64,000 nucleotides of DNA from Vicugna vicugna (taxonomy: Eukaryota). The notes beneath the pieces are model-generated. The model ran no database searches. It worked only from the letters and a program-made list of their open reading frames with translations, and was not told where the DNA came from. The position numbers were made by a program, and so were the translations under genes. Shown here piece after piece: positions 37,631 through 48,248 of the stretch. The stretch's first letter is position 1, and the number at the start of each line of letters is the position of its first letter. The stretch lies in the NCBI GenBank assembly GCA_013265495.1, contig MU058423.1, positions 819,061 through 883,060 on the forward strand, in the 5' to 3' direction.

Positions 37631-38359
37631 ATTGGTCTGTTGATGATTGGGTGGATGGTTAAGTGGTTGGATGGAAGCCACCTCTTTCCTCTTTTTGTGT
37701 CTTTGTTTCCTTCACTAAGTGCAATCCCGTATACTGTCTTAACATGAGACCCTGAACAACATATACATTGGCTTACCTGGCTGCTGTTCCAAATCTTGGA
37801 TGTGGTGCCCCCTCAACCTCAATCAAAGCCATCTTGATAAGGTATCCTAGCTGAAAACTCTCCAACCAGTACCCCCTTTGAAAGCCTGATACCCATATCT
37901 CCAAAATGGTACTGACACCAGCTGGCCGTCTAATTAAAGCCATAATCTTTTATTATCCCCAGTAATTTCTTTCAGTGTCAAAGTGACCATCTCGCCTCTT
38001 AATTGAGACTTAGTCTGACTCTGTGGCAGAGTGACATTAGCGCCCAGCACCAGAATGAGGGGAGTCAAACTCAGCCTGGCAGCTCCTAGTGTCCACCATG
38101 CCCAGGGCCCCTCAACCAGGAGTCACACAGCTGAAAATCTTCACAGTGAAGCCTGTGACTGTGGTCTGCTAGGAAACTGTAAATGTTTATTTCTGAGAAG
38201 TGAATTTAGTGTCTGGTAAAAAAAATAAATAAATAAATAACGAAAGCGAATTCTGTGACCCTGCCAGCAGGAGTTTGAAATTCCCACAGCCACTGAGAGG
38301 CAGGTAGGACACTAGTGGTTCAGAGAACATGCTTTATAAACAAGCTACCTGACCCAAGT

Positions 38360-38678
38360 GCTATAGCAGTCACAGTCTAGTCAGGAAAGAAGGAGCCACC
38401 CTAGGTATTTCAAACAGAGGAGATTTAATACAGGGAAGTGGTTACACCACCGTGGGAGAGCTGGAAGAGCAAAAATGGAACACTGAAGTGACCCAGAGAT
38501 AATAAAGGCAGAAAACAGCTACCATCTCTAGGACTGGGAGGCATGAAGAGTGACCAGAACCTGGAGCTCAGAGGAGCTGATGCTCAGATCTCTGAGTTGA
38601 GGGTGCCGCCTGGCTGCTGCTGGTCCCCAAGAGGGCATAGAGGCTGTTTCTGAAATGCCCATAGGAGTTAGTGGCTGG
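38360..38678 (-). mobile_element. Ancient LTR fragment (LTR78/79- or MLT1-like)
   Basis: AGTCAGGAAA...CTAGGTATTTCAAACAGAGGAGATTTAATACAGGGAAGTGGTTACAC. Confidence 0.6.
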
Positions 38679-39110
38679 AGCCACAGAAAAGAATGAAATA
38701 AAACCATTTGCAGCAACATGGGTGGACCTAGAGATTATCATATTGAGTAAAGTAAGCCAGACAAAGACAATGATATCATATGATATCACTTATATGTGAT
38801 ACAAATTCTATTTACAAACCAAAAACAGACTCGTGGACATTGAAAACAAACTATGGTTACCAAAGGAGAAAGAGCGGGGAGGGGTTGGGGATTAACAGAC
38901 ATGCATTATTATATATAAAATAGATAAACAACAAGGACCTACTATATAGCACAGGGAACTACATTCAATTTCTCGTAATAACATATGATGGAAAAGAATT
39001 TGAAAACACAAATATATATAAGTATGTATATGTATAACTGAATGGCTTTGCTGTACACCTGAAACAAACACTGTCAATCAACTACACTTCAATAAAAATT
39101 CTTTTTTAAA
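38679..39110 (+). mobile_element. 5'-truncated cetartiodactyl L1 (ORF2 C-terminus + 3' UTR)
   Basis: Translates to EKNEIKPFAATWVDLEIIILSKVSQTK (L1 ORF2p C-terminus); 3' UTR AACAACAAGGACCTACTATATAGCACAGGGAACT; ends CTTCAATAAAAA. Confidence 0.93.
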
Positions 39111-39579
39111 AACCTGACACATTAGCAAGTTGGGCTTTCCGATATGACAAGAAGAATCCCAGCTGAGAGCACAGCCCCCATCCCTCCTCCACCCTCATTG
39201 CATGGAAATGGCAGTGAGGGGCATTCTGTTCCTGTAGGGGAGAGGAGTGCTTTGAGGACCCTAAGGCTCAGTTTCCTTCCAACTGCACAGTCTCATCCAG
39301 TTATGACCCAGGACTGGGATGCTCTTCATATTCTGAAAATATCCAAAACATGTTGATCTATCCAAGAGAGTTTTCTGCTTTCAGTGAAGTCTAATGCTAG
39401 CCCTTCAGCTCCTGAAGGGCTGTGTTTAGTTCTAGTCAGATCAACAGACATGCATTGAGCACCCTTCTGATGCCAGACTCTGGGCCAAACTGCCTAACAT
39501 GCCTTAACTCACTTGGTTTTCTACCAGGGGATGTGCCTAGAAGGTGAAGGGCAATAGGGTGTATGGTAGGACTGTTGAA

Positions 39580-39760
39580 AGTGAGCATGTAATGCATATT
39601 TTAATGGGCCAGACATTATTCTAAGCACATCTTACTTGTATCAACTCATTAGGAACTATCACTATCCCCTTTCTACAGATGAAGGAACAGGGGCACAGAG
39701 AAATTGGGTGACTTATCCAAGGTCACACAGGTGAATAAGTAACAGAGCCAGGACTTTAAA
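39580..39760 (-). mobile_element. MIR SINE
   Basis: TCTACAGATGAAGGAACAGGGGCACAGAGA...CCAAGGTCACACAG. Confidence 0.85.
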
Positions 39761-39764
39761 GCAA

Positions 39765-40490
39765 TACATTTTTTAAAAATAAGCACACATAGGAATCTTT
39801 CCATGATGTGCATTGAAAAGATTGCAGTGCCCTTCAAAGGGCTTAAGGGCTTCCCTGGGAGGCTGCATGCTTAATTCAGTGGTGCTGGCATTGCTAGCTG
39901 GTTGTAGGATACCTGTTTGGAAATAACCATTAGAACCAGCTTAGGAATTAAATAGGAAAGTCAGCCTTAATACGTTAGAATCACACTTTGTTTTTGACCT
40001 GAAATAGTATTGCTCAGCATCTAAGCCATAGTGTGTGTATGTGTGTGTGTGTTTAAACAAACAAATAAAATCAGAGAAACAATGTAGAAATATAAAATGG
40101 TACACTTTCAATTCTGTTGTGAACCTAAAACTGCTCTAAAAATAAAATCCATTTAAAAATTTTAAATACAAATAAAATGGTGAAAAGTATTTTACTCAAA
40201 ACATAATTTGTGTGGGGTGGGTATAACTCAGTGGTAGAGCACATGCTTAGTATGTGCAAGGTCCTGGGTTCAATCCCCAGTCCTTCCATGAAAAAAAAAC
40301 ATAATTTGTACCTACAAAATGAAGAATTTTTATAATTGAAAATGTATAAGTAATGTCTTTAGAGAAACTCCAAAAATAGGAGATCAAAACTCTTTTGAAT
40401 AATAGAAACATAATTAGAATGGGTTAGAGCTGCTAGAATCTGTACTATGAAAGATTCTCTTTTGGACACATCATTTCTGTGTTATTTTAA
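39765..40490. mobile_element. MARNA-like mariner-derived element with nested L1 tail and SINE
   Basis: CCCTGGGAGGCTGCATGCTTAATTCAGTGGTGCTGGCATTGCT and the inverted counterpart CTCCAAAAATAGGAGATCAAAACTCTTTTGAATAAT; L1 3' end GTGAACCTAAAACTGCTCTAAAAATAAA at ~40100-40160. Confidence 0.6.
40212..40295 (+). mobile_element. Camelid tRNA-Ala-derived SINE (short form)
   Basis: GGGTATAACTCAGTGGTAGAGCACATGCTTAGTATGTGCAAGGTCCTGGGTTCAATCCCCAGT + A tail; perfect 14-bp TSD AAAACATAATTTGT (40198-40211, 40296-40309). Confidence 0.95.
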
Positions 40491-41849
40491 GGGTACTCAT
40501 TTACAGCAACCCCTAGAATTCCCCAGGACCCCACCTTTGTTAGCACAGACATTCAGAGTTCTGGTGGGACACATCCCTGACAGATTCCATGCTGGCCCTC
40601 TCTCTGTCAAGCTCTGACCTCTTTTATAAGGACCTTGCCCTTTTTTAAGGTCCTTATAACAAAGTAAGATACTTTCAGTCAGTACCCACTCTCAACTATG
40701 ATTTGGTTTGAGCAACTTAAGGCAAGACATTGGCAGCTCTTCGAATTATTGTGTTAGGAAGTTATTGTGTGATGAAATGAGGTAATATGTGTGAAAGCAA
40801 ATGGCAGAGTATCTGGCATGCAGTGGGAATTAAATAACTATAATAAGGAATTTGTGAATATAAAAGCTTAAAGTCATAGCATGGTTCACCCATGTCTACC
40901 TGTTAGGACCTTAAAATTCAGCACCGTGGCCAAGGACATTTTAAGATCAAGATGAGGGCACTTTAAAACCATGAGGATTTGTTGAATTTCTGGCTGTCCC
41001 TGACACCTCACCACCACCACCCCAGATCTCCTATTTCTCTTATTCCCTGTCTTCTATTTTCACCACTTCCTATATATCTACAATTTCACACTGTTCCTCT
41101 CTTGAATGAGAGCATTCTATCTGTCCATATTTGTCCCCTAAGTCTTTCTCTGCCTTCCCTTCCCTTTCTCCCCTCCCCTCCTATACACACAAATACACAA
41201 ACATGCACACTAGTCTATTACTCCTTGGAAAATCTTTGCCCTTCCTCCTGATGAGCCCTTCTGTGAGGTCAGGGCTGAGGACTGCAGTGAGTCATTCTGA
41301 AGGTCATGGCTTGGGAAACTGCCTAAACTTGCTGAATTAGTAGTTCCTCTTGAGATGTCTTCCATGGTCCCAGAAAATGTCCTAGTGGAAGCAAATGCTG
41401 CAGCAGCCAAGGATGACTTGGGCCTGGGGGAATGAGGAGAGTTAGGCAAATATTTTCAAACTATATGAAAGGAACTCTGGGTACAAGGAAGGCCTCCATC
41501 TATTCATCTTTGTTTAGCTCTTAAAAAGCCAGATAACTGGGTCCTACGGTGATGTCAGAATTTACGTTTTACTGAAATACAAAGAAGTGAAAAACAATAA
41601 CAAAAAAGAAATGGAAATATCCACAGCAAACCAGTTTCTTTAAGAAAGGGGGATTCCCATCTGTGGTTTCTCTCACTAAAAGGCCCTTCTCAAGAGCAGA
41701 AGGTAGAAGCTACCCAGAAACCTTGAGGTACCCTCCACGCTTCACCCAGGGTTGGTTATCTGGGCCTGATGAAGGTACTGTTTCTCAGATCTTATCAGTG
41801 AGTCCCACATGGGATTGAGAGAAGAATGTGTGTCTTCTCCCCAATCCTG

Positions 41850-42910
41850 CCATCTGATACCCACACCCTCCACCACCACTAATCCCCACACTAGCCATCC
41901 TCAGCATGTCCAAAGTGGAACTCCTTCTATAAAATCCTCTTTCTCTTCTCTTCCCCATATCGGTCAAGGTTGCACCCATTCCTCTCATCCCCCAAGGCTC
42001 CAAGTCACCCTAGGCTCCATTTTCCCTCCCCACCCCACTCTTAATTTCAAGCATCATCAAGTCCAACCAACTTTACCTCAGTATCTCTCAAATCAATCTT
42101 TTCCTCCCTAGACTCACTGCCACTTTTAAATTAATCCTCTCATCTTTTCTTCCCTGGAATATTTCATCTGTCTTTCAAGTGGTCTTCCTATTTCCTGTCC
42201 ATTAACCTTCCAGACCAACTTTCATTTTTTATTTCTAAAACACAGTTTGGTTCTGTTGCTGCCCTGCCTCCAACCTTTTAGATATCTCCGCATTGCATGC
42301 AGAACCAAGCTCAGACTCTTCATCATGACCCATGAGGGCCTCCCTGAGTCCCTTGTGACCTGCCTCTCCAACCTCATTGCCCACTGCTTGCCTTTGCAGC
42401 CCTCCAGAACACTGTATGACTGTTCTCAAAAGCGCAGTGTTATTTAATGCCTCTGTGTATTTGCGTATGATGTTACTTCTCTTTGCAATGCCCTTCCTCC
42501 GTGTGCTCCAGTAGACTCCCACTCTTCCTTCAAGACTCAGCTTGAGTGTCTCCTCCTTGGTGAAGATTCCCTGCTTCTCCACACTTTTCTTTGTTATCAC
42601 CCCACCTGGATGACTGATTTAAATTCTCATCACCCCCATCTTGACCATGAGCTGGTTTTATCTATCTCTGTTTCCCAAATTATGTCTGTCTGACTCCTAA
42701 TTGGTGAAAAATAATTTTTGATGGAAGAATCAACTTGTAATTAGGCAGCCTGGTAACCTTGGACATGTCATATAACCTTTCTGAAACTTAATTTTCTTTG
42801 TCTATAAAGTGAGGACACCCTTGCAGAGTTGTTTTGTGGATTTCATGAAATAAAATGTGTAAAGCACTTAACCTGCCCAGCTTACTGTAGTAACTCAGTA
42901 AATGTAGTTT
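41850..42910 (+). mobile_element. L2 LINE fossil followed by MIR
   Basis: CTCAGCATGTCCAAAGTGGAACTC, CCTTCAAGACTCAGCT...TCCTCCTTGGTGAAG; MIR core ACCTTGGACATGTCATATAACCTTTCTGA at ~42755. Confidence 0.8.
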
Positions 42911-43149
42911 CCATGTCCTTTCTCTTCTTTATTCTCCTTGCTATAATTATATTCTAACCAAAATTGGCACAGGCAAAAGAGAAATCCCAAACGCCCAATG
43001 CCAAGGTACATGGATGGAGATGGTTACCTGTTGCCCATCTAGCAGGTACAGTGTCCTCACACCTCAACCTCTCACATCACTCAGGATCAGCCAGCCCCTG
43101 GGCAGTGTTTGCAAAGAATCTGGACTGGTTCCCAGATCTGGCAACATGT

Positions 43150-43360
43150 AAGGACTGACCACGAGCCAGGCGCTCTTCCAAGTGCTTTACCTGTAATAAC
43201 TCATTCAGCTTCACAGTGACCCTATGAGGGTGAACTGTCATTGTCCCCATTTTACAGATGAGGAAACTGAGGCAAGTGAGATTAAGGCCATATACCTAGT
43301 AAATAGTAGAGTAAGGATTGACAACACCAGAGCCTATTCTCTGAACTCCTACACACTCCT
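43150..43360 (-). mobile_element. MIR SINE
   Basis: CCCCATTTTACAGATGAGGAAACTGAGGC. Confidence 0.9.
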
Positions 43361-43589
43361 GTCCAACACTGAGGATGTTGTGAGCGATAATAGCCCCAAA
43401 TCCACAAAAGAGCAGATCCCTTGGTTTCTGAGACTTGGTGAGACAACAGATAGGCTCCCGGTATCTGAATCAAGGGCCAACTCCAATGGCCTCATTGATT
43501 GATTTACAGCTTTTCACTGTAAACTTTATCATGATAATTATTAGTTGATAAATCTTGTTAAGAAAGTGAAAGGCTCTCCAAATTTCCAA

Positions 43590-43767
43590 AGGTTTGGGCC
43601 AGTCACCTGTTTTTTGTAAATAAAGTTTTATTGGAATGTAACTACTCTATTCATTTATATATTATCTACGGCTGCCTCTGCACTACAGTGGCAGAGCTGA
43701 GTGGTTGTGACAGATGCCTTAAAATAGTCACTGTCTGGCCCTTTGCAGGAAAACTTTACCAGCCCTT
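43590..43767 (+). mobile_element. MER58 hAT-Charlie DNA transposon
   Basis: CCTGTTTTTTGTAAATAAAGTTTTATTGGAA...TACAGTGGCAGAGCTGAGTGGTTGTGACAGA...TCTGGCCCTTTGCAGGAAAA. Confidence 0.9.
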
Positions 43768-45549
43768 TCAGATAACAGTACTTTCAACCAACACACTCTT
43801 GTCAAAGTGGGCTGGGAAAATCCCAATGATCCCAGACACCTGGGCAGAGCCCCAGGGGCAGCTCCCTTCCCAGCCAGTGCGGTGCACTGGGAGAAGTCCC
43901 TCGGTCCCTGCAGGCCAAGAGGAAATGCATCATGTCCTTTGGGGAGTCTGTGCAGCCCAGGGTGGGAACAGACAGGTACAGTTTGTGAGGTACTGGCTCT
44001 GTGGACAATCTTTGGGTTTGATTCCTTATGCTGGTTTCAGGGTCTCTGGCGTAGCTTGAGCCACGGGAACCCAAATAAAGTGGCAGAGCAGTGCCGTCAA
44101 GACAAATTTCCTGACCCCACGGAGGCTGCCAGAGGCAGCCAGTTGATGGATGGAAGAGGGAGAATTTCTCAGTTGCCGTCTAATCTGTGCCCGGGAAATA
44201 AATTGCTCTTGTCACTGGTGTCTGCCCCAGCCCTGCAGGCCCCACTTCCCTGCAGAGCCTTCCCTGCACCCCACCCTGCTCTGCCAGCCTGGAAATGCTG
44301 CCTCCGGAAGTGGGGGAAGGAGAGGACAGGGGAGGAACAAAAGGAACGTCGTGTTCTGTCCTGTCGCCAGCGGCCCCTTCCTGCCGCCTGCCTCTCTCCA
44401 TGAACTCGGGGAGGTGTGAGCAGCCTGCAGGGAGGGTCCCACTGTGGGCCTGCAGCAAGACTCAGGACCTCAGTTTTCTCAGCTGTGAAATGAGAAGGTT
44501 TTTTAAGTGATCTCAAAAACCTGATTATTCCAAGTTACTGAGACTGTGCTAAGGGAAGGAAAGGAAAGGGATTTGCACAGTCAGAGTTTGGAAGAATCCC
44601 AAAATCTTAGCGGAATGTGCCTCCAGGTGTCGAAATCTCTGAGCCTGAGGTTAGGGCATGTCTTCATTGGAACCTAGGGTGCAGACTCTGTTTTGGGTTA
44701 CCCAGGGACCCTCAGCAGAGCCTTCCTTAAGAAATGTTCCCTGTCTCTTTTTAAAGGAGGCTTTCCCTCCCAAAATTATTTGCTCTTCTGTGTCATCCAT
44801 CTCTTTCTCCCTCCCTCTCCCCGCCCGCTTCTGCCACTTCACTTTTTCACAAAGCACCCAACAATAGAGGGCTTAGCCCACGAGGCCCTTTGGAACTGGG
44901 AGCCCGTGAGACAGGTTTTGCCAGACAGCTCCTGCTGGAAAGAGGACTTCCCTCAGGGACAGTAAGGAGAGTTCCTTGCTGGGACCTAAACCTTCACAGA
45001 GATGTCCCATCAATAATCCAAGAAGACAGGGACGGATGCTGGCTGAGATCTGGGCCCAACACTTTCTCTGGATGGATGGAAGGACTTCATCAGCTGACAG
45101 CCAACATCTAGTCAATCCAGGAAGGCTTGATGGAGGAGGGGGTGTTTTAGGGCTACCTAAATGAGAAAGGAGAACTCATTTGTTACAGGGCAAGGACAGA
45201 GAAGGGGTCACCTCCCTGCTGAGGCAGACATAATCACAGGTCATCCTGGAACTAAACTGGATCTGTCACTGTGATTTCACAGCTGCAGCTCAAGGATGGG
45301 CAGGGCTGGGAGGGAACTTGGGAGTGTGGGTCACCCATTAGCAGCGTGGATACGGCTAAACCCTGGGCCCGGGGGCTGCGGGTGGGGAAGTCTGAGAAGC
45401 CAAGCCTTAGCCGTGCTTCAGAGCCTCTCCCATGGCCGGAACTCCTCCTAAGGGGCTGGATGCATGACACTGGTATTTTTATCCAGGCGGAGCTGTCAGG
45501 GGCCAGTTTTCAGTTGCCACCTAACAAGTATTAATCAAGCACCTAAGCT

Positions 45550-45770
45550 GTTAGAGGCAAGTCAAACGGTCCTGGGGACAAATCCCAGCTTCAGTATTTA
45601 TTAGTTGTGTGGCCTCAGTTAAGCTCCTTATTCTCTCTGAGCTGCTATTTCCTCCGCTGTTAAATAGAATTCACAAAAGCTGCTTAGGGTTTTTGTGTGG
45701 CTTAAAGGAGACAATGTGTGCAAAGTATCTTTGATAGCACTGGCATTAAGTAGATGCTCAATAAATTGAT
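45550..45770 (+). mobile_element. MIR SINE
   Basis: AAATCCCAGCTTC...TATTAGTTGTGTGGCCT...GATGCTCAATAAAT. Confidence 0.8.
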
Positions 45771-45784
45771 TAACTCGCTGCATT

Positions 45785-45998
45785 TAAAAAAATTTTTTAT
45801 TGAAGTGTAGTCAGTTACAATGTGTTAATTTCTAGTGTACAGCATAGTGATTCAGTTATACATATGTATATTCCTTTCCATATTCTTTTTCATGATAGGC
45901 TATTACAAGGTATTGAATAGAGTTCCGTGCACTATACAAGGGCCTTGTAGTTTACCTATTTCATACATAGTAGTGTGTATCTGCAAATCTCAAATACT
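45785..45998 (-). mobile_element. Cetartiodactyl L1 3' end
   Basis: TTTTTATTGAAGTGTAGTCAGTTACAATGTG...GTACAGCATAGTGATTCAGTTATACATA...ATTACAAGGTATTGAATAGAGTTCC. Confidence 0.9.
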
Positions 45999-46949
45999 TC
46001 TAAATGCCCACCGTAGTCCAGACACCATTCTGATAGCTACTGCTGGTCGTACCTAAGACTGTGGGATGTGTGTCTACTCCAGCCATGTCGATAGCAGAAT
46101 AGCACCAATGAGGTGGTCTCCACAGGACTGTCCCTGCTGGTCCTTAGGGTGCTTCCCCGGAGAATGCAGAGGCCTCCTCTCCAAAAGGGGTGGGCGTGAG
46201 GAAAGGCTTTCCCACACCTCCCGCCAGCCTGGCATCTTAGGGTCAGGGAGATGGGAGCTCCAAACCCTCATCTCATCAAATAGTAGCCCCTCCAAGGGCA
46301 ATTGTGAGGGAGAAATGACTTTAGGCATGTAAAGCACTAAGGACGGTTGGCACAGGATAAAAGCCTGATAAATACTTATTTTTATTGTTTTAGTAGGGCT
46401 CAGCTCTCCTGGAAACAAAGGGCTTTGTGATGGGAGGCTGTCCTGGCTTTCCATGTCCACCAAATAGGGAAATTGTAGCATGCAGCATGTAGGAAGGCAC
46501 GAGGAGTGCTTCCTAACTATAGCCTGTAAATTCTCTATTCTGTGGCTTCTGGAAAGCACTGTCCAGCTTCAAACAATGTCCGGAGGTAAAAGATGAACAT
46601 TTCCAAGCAGAATCCTGGCACTGCCTCCCTCACCAAGTGGGGCGCAGGGTCCTCCAGGGTCTCCCCAGAGATTCCAACTGGGCTTGGGAGAGAGTGTTAT
46701 TACCCCAGGATTGCCAGGGCTCATGGAGTTATCCCTGCATCCATTTCCTTCCCATCTGCACCAATCCCAAGCCTTCCCGAGGCACACTGAGGTCTTGTCT
46801 CACATGAGGTAATGCTGAGGCTCAGGTGCCCCCAGAGAGCTTCTCATAATGCAATCAGCGCAGGCCATGCGCTGGGAGGGCCTTGGGAGAAGAGGAACTT
46901 TAAAAGGGTCAGCACGACAGCTCCTGATCAGAATGTCTCTCCACAGAAA

Positions 46950-47400
46950 CCTGGAGTGTAGCATCAGCTCTTCAGGGCCTTGTAGGTTAGGCTAGGGAGT
47001 CTGGCTCTTCTAAATGCAATGAGAACCAAGAAACTTTTTTTTTTTTAGATCAGGAGACAGACATGATCAATTTTTTTAATTGAAAGGTCACTCTGCTTTG
47101 TGGAGAAAAGACTGGACAAGAGTAGGAGGGAGGAAGGGAGACAGGGAGAGGGCTGTTGCACTGGTGATCACAGAAGGCTACTGTGACAATGAGACACTTG
47201 AGCAAAGATCTTAATGACCTTCGTCAAATGTTTATGTCAGGCAGAGGGAGGGGTAAGTGCAAAGGTCCTGCGGCAGGAGTGTGCCCAGTTTGATCAAGGG
47301 CCAGCAGAGGAACCAGTGTGTCTGGAGTAGAACTAGCTGAGGAAAGGAAGTAGACACTGAGGTCAGAGAAGCAATGAGGAACCAGATTATGGGAAGTCTT
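46950..47400 (-). mobile_element. L2 LINE fragments
   Basis: AAGTGCAAAGGTCCTGCGGCAGGAGTGTGCC...GAGGTCAGAGAAG. Confidence 0.75.
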
Positions 47401-47404
47401 GTAT

Positions 47405-47763
47405 TAGAGTGATCAACCATCCCAGCTTGCCCAGGACTAAGGGGTTTCCTGGGATGTGGGACTTTTGGTGCTAAAACTGACAGAACCAACCTATCAGGTA
47501 CAACAGACACACTGCCTGGGGCACATCATACTTTTAGGGGCCCATGAAAAAGTTTTAATTTCAATTTCCTAAATCAGGAGAAAGAAAGAATATGATGATA
47601 ATGAATATATAATAATAAATTCAGCCTGAATTATTTTTGTCATTATGCTAAAGTAAAGGAAATTTTTAATTTTTTTTTCAAAGGAGGAAGAAGACCATGA
47701 AGACAAAGGGCTCGCAAATATCATAACTTAACAGGACATAAATCAGGACAGTTAGTCACCCTG
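47405..47763 (+). mobile_element. MER81 (hAT-Blackjack) split by an ORSL-like hAT-Tip100 element (~47481-47726)
   Basis: MER81 5' TAGAGTGATCAACCATCCCAGCTTGCCCAGGACTAAGGGGTTTCCTGGGA...GCTAAAACTG and 3' CAGGACAGTTAGTCACCCTG; insert ATACTTTTAGGGGCCCATGAAAA...AATGAATATATAATAAT...CAGCCTGAATTAT. Confidence 0.8.
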
Positions 47764-48212
47764 CTTGGGAGGCCTTTGGAGGGGCTTTGGCTCAGGATTG
47801 TTTAACTTACCCCCATTTTACAGAGAAGAAAACTGAGACCTTGAAGTTTCAAAATAAGGCAGCCTTGAGATGATGGTGAGTTGGCCTAGGAAAATAGCAA
47901 GAGAGAAGGGATTAGATGGAGTCAAGAAATATTCCAGTGGTGGAACTGACAAGACCTGATTGTTTGAATGTGTGTTGTGGAGTCGGGTGGGATGAGAAGG
48001 TGAAGGAGGCGTGACTCGGTTCACTAACGTGGGCCTTTCACTGTGATGAGGATCGGGGCAGCCAGTGTGTGACCCTGGGCAAGTCATGGAACCCTCTGAG
48101 CTTCAGTTTCCTTATCTGAAAACTGGGGTTACCAAAAGCTATCTCCTGGCATCACTGTAAGAATCAAAAGATTTTTTTTTAAATAACCCAAATAAAAGTG
48201 TCTGGTGCCTAG

Positions 48213-48248
48213 TATGAATTTTGATATGAATTTTGATATGAATTTTGA
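48213..48248. repeat. Perfect tandem repeat (TATGAATTTTGA)x3
   Basis: Directly visible at the 3' end of a MIR (48060-48212). Confidence 0.95.
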
